Below, in pieces: positions 45,179 through 52,990 of a DNA stretch of 64,000 bases (positions within the stretch are counted from its first letter, which is position 1; each line of letters begins with the position of its first letter). The notes beneath the pieces were generated by a model. The model did no database searches. It was given only the letters and a program-made list of their open reading frames with translations, and was not told the origin of the DNA. Made by a program: the position numbers and the translations under genes. Source of the stretch: Candidatus Kapaibacterium sp. (lineage in GTDB: Bacteria; Bacteroidota; Ignavibacteria; Kapaibacteriales; Kapaibacteriaceae); the NCBI GenBank assembly GCA_018882585.1, contig VFFB01000004.1, positions 5,175 to 69,174 on the forward strand, read 5' to 3'.

Positions 45179-45649
45179 TTACACCGGATCGTCGACGTAT
45201 CTGGTCAGCAGGAAGTGGACAAGATTGCTCTTCGGGTCGAGCTGCAGTTTGCGACGGATCCGTTCGCGATGCTTCTCGATGCTTCTTACCGAGCAGTGTA
45301 GAAGTGTCGCGATGTCCTTTGACTGCATGGGCAGTCGCAGCAGGGCACATAGCCGAAGTTCAGATGCCGTTAGATCTGGGAAGTCCCTTGAGAGTCTTGA
45401 CAGGTAACTGCTAAAGATGACATCGTATCGCTGTACGAACTCACTCCAGAGAGTGTCTTCTCGTACGACGGATTCAATATCTCGTAGCATCATCATGATC
45501 CGCTTACGAATGAGTGGGTCTACCAGATCTGCGAGCTCCGCTAAGCCATCGTGCAGGGATTGTAACAGTGATGTAAACCTGATCTGGCGCAGCAACAATG
45601 ATTGCGTTGTAGAGTCGGGATCACTTGATGGAGTAGGTTGCTGTGGCAT
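45179..45649 (-). CDS. LuxR-family transcriptional regulator (C-terminal HTH)
   Basis: The C-terminal LuxR/GerE HTH is SELRLCALLRLPMQSKDIATLLHCSVRSIEKHRERIRRKLQL. The N-terminal ~90 aa are unassigned. Confidence 0.8.
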   Translation of the reverse strand: MPQQPTPSSDPDSTTQSLLLRQIRFTSLLQSLHDGLAELADLVDPLIRKRIMMMLRDIESVVREDTLWSEFVQRYDVIFSSYLSRLSRDFPDLTASELRLCALLRLPMQSKDIATLLHCSVRSIEKHRERIRRKLQLDPKSNLVHFLLTRYVDDPV

Positions 45650-45674
45650 GAATCATCCTTCAGGTATGAACAAA

Positions 45675-46304
45675 TCATATACGTCCTATCAACTGAATCC
45701 CACGCAGATCTGCGTGAACGACACCGTTGATCATTAAGTCATTGATCGCCGAGCCTAGCGTCGATCTTGGACATCCGGTCAATCGCTGCAGCAGGTGTGC
45801 AGGTATTGCGATCTGTGAATGTCCATGTTGGTCAGACCCGAATTCCTCTGCAATGGCACGAAGCACCGACAAGACATGGTCGCGAGCTGAGTTCTGCGCA
45901 AGGCAATCCGTCAACCTTCTGGCACTATCGACACGCTTTGCCATATCGGCGAGCATCATGTGTGCATAGCGACCATCTTCGCGATTCGCTCGCGTAAACG
46001 TGTCTAGCGGAATTGATCGTATTGTCGTCTCGACAAGCGCGACAGCCTCTGTGGCATGCACAAAGCTTCCGAATCCAGACCAGCGCACACCTACGAGCAT
46101 GCCGGCATGGCACAGGCAGCTTGCATGGGTCACCCCGTCGTCTTGCCGAACTTCGGCTACGGCGCCGGATTCTATCAGTATTACGTGGTCAACCGGATCA
46201 CCCGTTCGAAAGAGCGTTTGACCCGCATGGACCAACTGGCGCGACGACTCAGGAAAGAGGTCGAACCAAATGGAAGCTTCTTGTTGTGTTTTATCAGGAT
46301 ACAT
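45675..46304 (-). CDS. Crp/Fnr-family transcriptional regulator
   Basis: 209 aa. It has a cNMP-binding-like beta-roll (LFRTGDPVDHVILIESGAV) and a C-terminal HTH (HLLQRLTGCPRSTLGSAINDL). Confidence 0.8.
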   Translation of the reverse strand: MYPDKTQQEASIWFDLFPESSRQLVHAGQTLFRTGDPVDHVILIESGAVAEVRQDDGVTHASCLCHAGMLVGVRWSGFGSFVHATEAVALVETTIRSIPLDTFTRANREDGRYAHMMLADMAKRVDSARRLTDCLAQNSARDHVLSVLRAIAEEFGSDQHGHSQIAIPAHLLQRLTGCPRSTLGSAINDLMINGVVHADLRGIQLIGRI

Positions 46305-46360
46305 GCGAGTTCACAGGTGTTGTTCACCTGCAACGTCGCTATAACCCATCCCAACGTTTA

Positions 46361-46372
46361 TGACAATTGTCA
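46361..46372. promoter_or_regulatory. Perfect 12-bp palindrome TGACAATTGTCA (TGA-N6-TCA, Crp/Fnr-type box)
   Basis: It sits in the 105-nt gap between the two Crp/Fnr genes, 57-68 nt upstream of the ATG (46304) of the downstream one. The TGA-N6-TCA core is shared by the CRP (TGTGA-N6-TCACA) and FNR (TTGAT-N4-ATCAA) consensus sites. Confidence 0.4.
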
Positions 46373-46409
46373 GGGGGTAAACAAATACGTGAGGACGTGC
46401 CGTCGATGA

Positions 46410-47117
46410 TCAGTCCTCTACGTTCGCTGCCTTGATCAGCGCCGGCACATTTTTGAGCACAATGCGCCGCCCCTCGGTATCGATGATGTGGTCGTGTCGT
46501 AGGTCCGACAGCATTCGGATCACGCTCTCTGGCGCTGTACCAACGATGTCGGCGATCTCTTCGCGCGTAAGCTGCATGTTCAACGTTTCGCCGTCGTCCA
46601 TTACGCCGAATGTCTCTCGCAGGACCAGCAGTGCTTCGGCCACGCGCTCACGGACGGACTTCTGGGCAAGTTCGACAACGCGGCGCTCGGCTTCGTCGAG
46701 CTCACCGCTCATCATCTGCATCATCCGAAGTGCCATCTGTGGGTTCTCGCGCACAGCACGAGTGATGACGTCACGCGGGATGAAGCAGACATGCGATTTT
46801 TCGACGGCTGTCGCCGCGGTGTGATAGGGCCGTCCTGCTACGAGCGACCCGTAGCCGATCACGTCGCCGGGACCGGCAAATCGTATGATCTGCTCGCGCC
46901 CGTCGTGCCCTTCTCGCGTGATCTTGACGTGGCCTGCATGAATACAAAACAAACCTTGTGGATGCTGTCCGCGTTGGAAGAGCTGTCCTCCGCGGTCGTA
47001 TGCTCTGCATGTCTTGGTCGAATCAACAGTCTCCAGCTCAAGCACCGTGAGTGTCTCAAGCACGGATGTACTGTGGCTCCCGCATTCTGCACATGAGGGG
47101 ACCTTGAAACCAGGCAT
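46410..47117 (-). CDS. Crp/Fnr-family transcriptional regulator with N-terminal CxxC
   Basis: 235 aa. The N-terminus is PSCAECGSHS. The cNMP-binding domain includes FQRGQHPQGLFCIHAGHVKITRE. The HTH is LTREEIADIVGTAPESVIRMLSDL. Confidence 0.85.
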   Translation of the reverse strand: MPGFKVPSCAECGSHSTSVLETLTVLELETVDSTKTCRAYDRGGQLFQRGQHPQGLFCIHAGHVKITREGHDGREQIIRFAGPGDVIGYGSLVAGRPYHTAATAVEKSHVCFIPRDVITRAVRENPQMALRMMQMMSGELDEAERRVVELAQKSVRERVAEALLVLRETFGVMDDGETLNMQLTREEIADIVGTAPESVIRMLSDLRHDHIIDTEGRRIVLKNVPALIKAANVED

Positions 47118-47365
47118 TGGTTGACCTCCAATCCTTCTGAATACTGTTGCGGCAATGGCGAATCAATGTATGACACTGATTCATATGCAATGTACGTAGT
47201 TCACCGAACCCAGCGATGATGATCGTGAGGGTTTTCCCGGGCAGGTTGGCTCGTGCTCTCCAGACAGACGCGGAGCATCTTGCCGCAGGAGGCTTGAATA
47301 CGTGCAATGTCAATGACAATCGCGGCCAGCGGCCGGGAGGAATGCCGTAGTCATGATGCGACGTT

Positions 47366-48667
47366 TCAGCGATCCAACCGGACCCGTTCGGAGTTGTATC
47401 GGATCATTCGCTGCATCACAAATGCCACTGCGGGAAACATTGCCGTGAACACGTACGTCTGATACCGCGGCTGAAGGTACGTAAGCATAAAGGCTACGCT
47501 GAGCAGTATCCCAATCATCAATAACGGAAGCAGCAGGGCACCATCCACACGCGCACGTCGTAACGAACCTATTGCCAGGAATACGCCCCAGACGATCATT
47601 GCCGATGTGAACAACGTCGATCCGATGTATGCAATGTTCCTCGCCTTGGGATAATATGGATCGATCGTCCACAACATGACAAGCTTCTTCAGGCTGAGCG
47701 CCATCCACTCCTGAGGATATCGTTGTGCATAGTCGATCACTGCATCGCGAAAGACAGCGTCGGCATCCAGCTCGAACGATGCCGTTACCGGCACACTGTC
47801 CAGCTTACGCACGATCTCCGGGAACCGCGGCCCTTCCCAGATCAACCATCCATCCGCATCATAGCCGCTTCCAGAGGCGCGCTCGTTAGCACCACGCCAT
47901 ATCTCGCGCCATGGATGCGAGACAATGCCGGTAGGGCGATTCATGACAATGGTGTTGCGAATCATCCAAGGGGCAATGACACACATCATGCAGGCAATGC
48001 TGAGCAATGCCGGACGCCACCGTCGCTGCAACAGCGGCGCCATACACAGGAGGATACCAACGAACAGAAACTCGCTGCGCATCAACGTGAGCATACCGGC
48101 AGCAAGGCCAAGGAGAAGCGGACGCCGACCGTTGTGATAAACCTGTTGAGCAGTATCGATGACGAACAGTGCGCCGACACCATACCAGATGGCACCCGAT
48201 GGTGTGGCCGAAGAGATCAGTCCTGGTACGTAGGCCATCGACACCAACGCCGCATACGCACCTGCGCGATCCGTGGTCAGACGTCGTCCGATGCGAAAGA
48301 CCAGCCATGGCACTAGGCCACCAAGCAGACATTGTATGATAAGTCCGGTATACACACCGGTCATTGTTGGTCCGGTAGCGGCGTAGACCATCGTGTAGAA
48401 TGCCGGTACAAATGGCGGCATGAATGCACTTGGATGCGGGAGCGTTTCCGATGCCCACAGGGCAGCACGCACACTGTCGACTGGCGGATATGGCCATGCC
48501 ATCCCAAAGCCTTTACCGCTTACGGCATTACGTGCGATGATCAGTTGCTCGTACGAAGCCTCGTCGTTCATGGGTGTGACGAATAGCACTGCCAACCGCA
48601 TGACAATGGTTCCGGCAATGGCCAGAACCAGCAGTCGACGGGTCGATATATCCGAAAGGCTCAGCAT
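47366..48667 (-). CDS. GT-C fold glycosyltransferase (GT39/GT83, ArnT/PMT_2-like) integral membrane protein
   Basis: Start taken at ATG 48667 (MLSLSDISTRR...), 19 nt after the upstream stop; the track start is 48733. It has about 10 TM helices. The first-loop acidic motif is PMNDEASY, as in ArnT/PMT-type enzymes. Confidence 0.7.
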   Translation of the reverse strand: MLSLSDISTRRLLVLAIAGTIVMRLAVLFVTPMNDEASYEQLIIARNAVSGKGFGMAWPYPPVDSVRAALWASETLPHPSAFMPPFVPAFYTMVYAATGPTMTGVYTGLIIQCLLGGLVPWLVFRIGRRLTTDRAGAYAALVSMAYVPGLISSATPSGAIWYGVGALFVIDTAQQVYHNGRRPLLLGLAAGMLTLMRSEFLFVGILLCMAPLLQRRWRPALLSIACMMCVIAPWMIRNTIVMNRPTGIVSHPWREIWRGANERASGSGYDADGWLIWEGPRFPEIVRKLDSVPVTASFELDADAVFRDAVIDYAQRYPQEWMALSLKKLVMLWTIDPYYPKARNIAYIGSTLFTSAMIVWGVFLAIGSLRRARVDGALLLPLLMIGILLSVAFMLTYLQPRYQTYVFTAMFPAVAFVMQRMIRYNSERVRLDR

Positions 48668-48686
48668 TGCGCGTATGCTTGGCGAC

Positions 48687-49988
48687 CTATGCGTTTGCCG
48701 ATGGCTTGGTGCGGCCACGCAGCGCCAGGGCACCCATGCCCACGATGGCTCCGAACAGCGCTACGCCCGTGATGGCCGCATTCACGTCGAACATCAGAAT
48801 ATTCACCGCAGTGAAGACGCAGGACAGGATGAAGATCGCAGCTGCCGCGTGGGTCAGTGCTCCCATCTTTGAGGTTGCCAGACGATAGATCGTGGCAGCA
48901 CCGAAGGCCAGACCTATCGCGTCGATGAAGATGGTATAGTTCAGGATCGTCTCGAAGGTCTTTCCAAGGTAGACACTCACGATGCTCAGCAGCGTGAAGG
49001 ATATCAATGCCCCTTGCTGCACACCATTCGACGCGACGGAGGCGGCAAGAGAACGGGGGAGCACGCCGTCAGCCGCCATAGCCTGGATTACACGGGGGTT
49101 CGACAGCATGGCGACATTGACGTAGCCAAAGACGGAGATGACCAGGACGACCGACAGAATGGACGACCCCACGGGACCGAACATGCGCTCGACGACCAGG
49201 GCGGCGATGGACTGCGACGTTGCCAACGTGTCGAAACCCAGGACGTGGACGTATGCCATGTTAGCAAGCAGATAGACGGCCGTGATGATCAGTACGCCAA
49301 TGATGATGGCCAGTGGCATGCGCCGCTCGCTGTTGCGAATCTCCCCGCCGAAGTTGATGGTGGACTGGTAGCCTCCGTACGTGAACGAGACGGCCACCAT
49401 GGCCATGCCGAAGGACTTCCACAAACCGTCGGTATGCGGCTGTGTCGCTGCTAGCGAAGCTGTGGCGGGCTCGACCATAACAAGAGCCGCAATGATGCAG
49501 ACAAGCATCAAAAGCTTGATGCCGATCAGTACGTTCTGTACCGTAGCACTGGTGCGCAGGCCAAGCAGATTCAGACCGTACAGAACGGCGATCATGACGG
49601 TGGCTGTCAGCGACGTCGGAACGGTCGGTATCCACGCGGCGATGTATTCCGCACCGATGATGGCCACGCCCGCGGCCGAGGCTGCATTCGACACCAGAAT
49701 GATGATGTTGACGGCAAAGGCGATGACCGGATGGTAGGCAGTTGCGAAGATGCGGTAGTACGCCCCCGTGACGGGCATGACGCGCCCGACGGCAGCAAAC
49801 GTCAGCGCACCGCAGACGGCAAACACGCCGCCCGTCACCCATGCAAGGTAGAACAGCGCCTCGTCTCCCGACCGGGCCGCTACCGTTGCCGGCGCTCGGA
49901 AAATGCCCATGCCGATCACCAGGCTGATCACCAGCATGATCACATCGAACATGTTCAGTTGGGCGCGTTGCGCTGGTTGCTCTGCCAT
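48687..49988 (-). CDS. APC-superfamily amino-acid permease
   Basis: 433 aa with 12 predicted TM segments. The N-terminal LNMFDVIMLVISLVIGMGIFRAP is typical of APC transporters. Confidence 0.9.
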   Translation of the reverse strand: MAEQPAQRAQLNMFDVIMLVISLVIGMGIFRAPATVAARSGDEALFYLAWVTGGVFAVCGALTFAAVGRVMPVTGAYYRIFATAYHPVIAFAVNIIILVSNAASAAGVAIIGAEYIAAWIPTVPTSLTATVMIAVLYGLNLLGLRTSATVQNVLIGIKLLMLVCIIAALVMVEPATASLAATQPHTDGLWKSFGMAMVAVSFTYGGYQSTINFGGEIRNSERRMPLAIIIGVLIITAVYLLANMAYVHVLGFDTLATSQSIAALVVERMFGPVGSSILSVVLVISVFGYVNVAMLSNPRVIQAMAADGVLPRSLAASVASNGVQQGALISFTLLSIVSVYLGKTFETILNYTIFIDAIGLAFGAATIYRLATSKMGALTHAAAAIFILSCVFTAVNILMFDVNAAITGVALFGAIVGMGALALRGRTKPSANA

Positions 49989-49992
49989 GAGT

Positions 49993-50000
49993 CAAAGATA
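49993..50000 (-). promoter_or_regulatory. Candidate -7 promoter box (TAnnTTTG) abutting the permease start codon
   Basis: The minus strand reads TATCTTTG ACTC ATG, only 4 nt from the box to the ATG at 49988. This suggests a leaderless transcript. Confidence 0.3.
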
Positions 50001-50191
50001 CTACCGGGCGTCTTGTACCGGGTCAGGAAGCTGCGTCCCCACGTTTGTTAACGAACCTATGTTCGCAGGGCTTGAGTGTTCCGAAGTGCCGCAGTAGGTT
50101 CGCTAAATGTTCGTTTAAACGCATCCGATGCCTGCCACCAGGATCACCCTGCCAACGACGAACGAATTCCCCCACACCTCGTAGACCAGCC

Positions 50192-51331
50192 ATGAACATT
50201 CGGTACATGCTTTGGATAGCCTTCATCACAGCGGCGATGTTGAGCCTTTCTATAACAGACGCTCTGGCCCAAGGCTGTGTAGCCGTCCGAGGCGGGGCCA
50301 TGTGCGGTGGTGCGAATGGCGGAACCATCAACCTTCAGCCGGGTGAGTGGAGCCTTACAACGGGACTGCGGTACTTCCAGTCCTACAAGCATTACCGCGG
50401 TACAGAGGAAGAGCGTTACCGCGTCGAGCAGGGTACGGAGGTGATCAACAATGCCTCGTTCATCGATCTTGTTGCCACGTACGGCATCACGGATCGTCTC
50501 TTCGCCACAGCCATCGTGCCGTTTGCACACTTTGACCGGTCGTCGATGTACGAGCATGGCGGAAATCCTCGCTTTGACGCATCGGGTGCGCTGATCGGCA
50601 CATGGGCCGGATCGCGCAACTGGACCTCTTCGGCAGGTCTTGGCGATATCCGTTTATCGCTGGGGTACTGGTTGTTCAATCCGGAAGAGAACAATTTCAA
50701 CTACTCCGTTGCCCTGGGCGTGAAGCTGCCCACGGGACCATATAACGTGACCGACAACTTCTACAATCAGGGTGCGAATCGTGATCAGACCGTCGAAGGC
50801 GTGGTCGACCAGTCCATCCAACTTGGTGATGGTGGTTGGGGGGCGACGATCGACGTTCAGGGTGTGCATCCGCTGACCGAATCGATCACGCTGGTAACGA
50901 ACCTTTCCTACATGGCCAACTTCACGAACACCAACGGCGTGCGTGTGCGGGGTGCAGGTGATACGTGGACGCTTGACTCGGCCGAGTTCTCGAGTGCCGA
51001 CCAGTTCGGTCTGCGCCTTGGCGCGTTTTACAGCTTCGGTCATACATGGAGTGCCTACCTTGGCGGCCGCGCCGAAGGCGTTCCTGCCCACGACGTCATC
51101 GGAGAAAGCCAGGGCTTCCGCCGTCCGGGCCACGCCGTCTCGATCGAACCCGGCATCAACTACATGGCCTCAAAGCTGAACGTCTTCGTCAGCGTGCCCA
51201 TCGCCGTCTACCGCGAGCGCACACAGTCGCACATCGATATGCTCCGTTCAGAGGCACGCGGCACCGAGGTGATCGGTGACGCAGCATTCGCCGACTATCT
51301 CATCAATGTCGGGGTGTCGGTCAGGCTGTAA
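50192..51331 (+). CDS. Outer-membrane beta-barrel protein (transporter/MetA-pathway-like family, tentative)
   Basis: ATG 50192 gives signal peptide MNIRYMLWIAFITAAMLSLSITDALAQ. The track ORF starts at 50045 with a non-signal-like extension. It shows an alternating strand pattern. The family call is weak. Confidence 0.65.
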   Translation: MNIRYMLWIAFITAAMLSLSITDALAQGCVAVRGGAMCGGANGGTINLQPGEWSLTTGLRYFQSYKHYRGTEEERYRVEQGTEVINNASFIDLVATYGITDRLFATAIVPFAHFDRSSMYEHGGNPRFDASGALIGTWAGSRNWTSSAGLGDIRLSLGYWLFNPEENNFNYSVALGVKLPTGPYNVTDNFYNQGANRDQTVEGVVDQSIQLGDGGWGATIDVQGVHPLTESITLVTNLSYMANFTNTNGVRVRGAGDTWTLDSAEFSSADQFGLRLGAFYSFGHTWSAYLGGRAEGVPAHDVIGESQGFRRPGHAVSIEPGINYMASKLNVFVSVPIAVYRERTQSHIDMLRSEARGTEVIGDAAFADYLINVGVSVRL

Positions 51332-51343
51332 CAAGGCATGGAT

Positions 51344-52990
51344 TTACTGGCGCAAACGCGTTATCGCTACCCCCACCACAACCGCAGCGCCGATGACGTT
51401 CAGCCACAGGAAGCTCACCACGTCGAACCACCAGCAGGCAAGAACGGTGGCCTCGGCCATGACGGCGGCCCAAAATGTCACAGTGCCGCCTGCGCGTTTG
51501 ATGTAGAACGCTACCAGGAAGATGCCAAGGATGGGACCGTAGAACAGACTGCCAAGGATGTTGACGGCCTCGATGAGTGAGCCCATGCGCGTGGCAAGCA
51601 TGCTCATGGCGATGCCCATGATGCCCCATGCAAGGGTGTGCAGCCGGGCGCGGCGTACGGCTGCCAAGGGGGTCTGATCGTTGTGCGGACGAAACAGGTC
51701 GTGCAGGTCGACGACGCTGGCCGTGGCCAGCGAGTGGAAGCCGGCCGAGATGCTGCCCCACGAGGCAAGAATGACGACGGCGAATACAAGACCTACGAGT
51801 CCTGCAGGCAGCATCGAGCGCACGTAGTACAGAAAGATGTAGTTGGTGTCGTTGCTCTCGGTGATGCCACTGCGCTTTACCAGTGCACGATACTCCTTGC
51901 GCAGCGTCTGAACGCTGTCGTGCGCGGCCACGTAGCGCTCACCAGCGGCGGCACTATCACGCACAACGTCGGTCGCGGCAGCGTTGAGGCGGGAGGTTGC
52001 GTCATCCCAGCGTTGTTCGATTTGAGCAGACGCCTGGGAGTTGCGCATCCGTACTTCGTCGGCCACGCGCGTGTTGAAGAAGATCGGTCCCGGCACTACG
52101 GCGTAGAAGGCAACAAGTAGTACACCAATGAACAGGATGCCGAACTGCATGGGGATTTTGACAAGACCATTCAGCATGAGCCCAATACGTGAGTCGCGCA
52201 GGTCTTTTGCCGTGATGAATCGCCCAACCTGACTTTGATCCGTGCCGAAGTACGACAACGCAAGGAAGAAGCCGCCGATGAGGCCACTCCACAGGTTGTA
52301 CTTGTCGTCGAGATCAAAGGTCGTGGTGATCACGTTCATGCGGCCAACAAGGCCGGCCAGTTGGATGGCATCGCCCAAGCCCATACCGTAGGGTAGCGAC
52401 TGCACAAGCCACATCCCCGCAATAACCATCGCCCCCATGATGATGCCGAACATGAGCGTTTGTGTGTAGGCAACTGACCGTGCACCACCGCGCATGGTGT
52501 ACAGGAGCAATGCCCCGCCAACGATGACGTTGGTAAGATAGATGTTCCAGCCAAGCATGGTCGAAACGATGATGCTTGGAGCGTAGATGCTGATGCCTGT
52601 GCTTGCACCACGCGACAGCAGAAACAGGACGCTCGCCGCAAGACGCGTCTTGCGGTCGAAGCGACGCTCAAGGAATTCGTAGGCCGTATACACGTTCTGC
52701 CGGCGAAACATGGGCGCAAACGTCACGGCAATAACGATCATGGCCAGCGGCAGACCAAAGTAGTACTGCACGAATCGCATGCCGTCGGTGAATGCCTGTC
52801 CCGGTGCCGACAGGAAGGTGATCGCGCTGGCCTGTGTTGCCATCACGCCTAACAGGACCATATACCAAGGCATGGAGCGGTCGGCACGCAGATAGGCGTC
52901 GGCAGAATGCTGTCCGCGTCCGCGCCACATGCCATACAGCAGAATGCCCAGCAGCGTCAGACCAAAGACCAGCCAATCCGGCCAGGTCAT
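51344..52990 (-). CDS. Sodium:solute symporter (SSF) family transporter
   Basis: 548 aa with about 13-14 TM helices. The SSF N-terminal pattern is ...YLRADRSMPWYMVLLGVMATQASAITFLSAPGQAF. ATGA overlap with the upstream PIG-L gene. Confidence 0.9.
   Translation of the reverse strand: MTWPDWLVFGLTLLGILLYGMWRGRGQHSADAYLRADRSMPWYMVLLGVMATQASAITFLSAPGQAFTDGMRFVQYYFGLPLAMIVIAVTFAPMFRRQNVYTAYEFLERRFDRKTRLAASVLFLLSRGASTGISIYAPSIIVSTMLGWNIYLTNVIVGGALLLYTMRGGARSVAYTQTLMFGIIMGAMVIAGMWLVQSLPYGMGLGDAIQLAGLVGRMNVITTTFDLDDKYNLWSGLIGGFFLALSYFGTDQSQVGRFITAKDLRDSRIGLMLNGLVKIPMQFGILFIGVLLVAFYAVVPGPIFFNTRVADEVRMRNSQASAQIEQRWDDATSRLNAAATDVVRDSAAAGERYVAAHDSVQTLRKEYRALVKRSGITESNDTNYIFLYYVRSMLPAGLVGLVFAVVILASWGSISAGFHSLATASVVDLHDLFRPHNDQTPLAAVRRARLHTLAWGIMGIAMSMLATRMGSLIEAVNILGSLFYGPILGIFLVAFYIKRAGGTVTFWAAVMAEATVLACWWFDVVSFLWLNVIGAAVVVGVAITRLRQ

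Noticed and set aside
47160-47182. Inverted repeat GAATCA-N11-TGATTC upstream of the first Crp/Fnr gene, considered as an operator
   Set aside because: The arms are short (6 bp) and the spacing is not CRP/FNR-like (TGA-N7-TCA at best). This is far weaker than the perfect palindrome at 46361.
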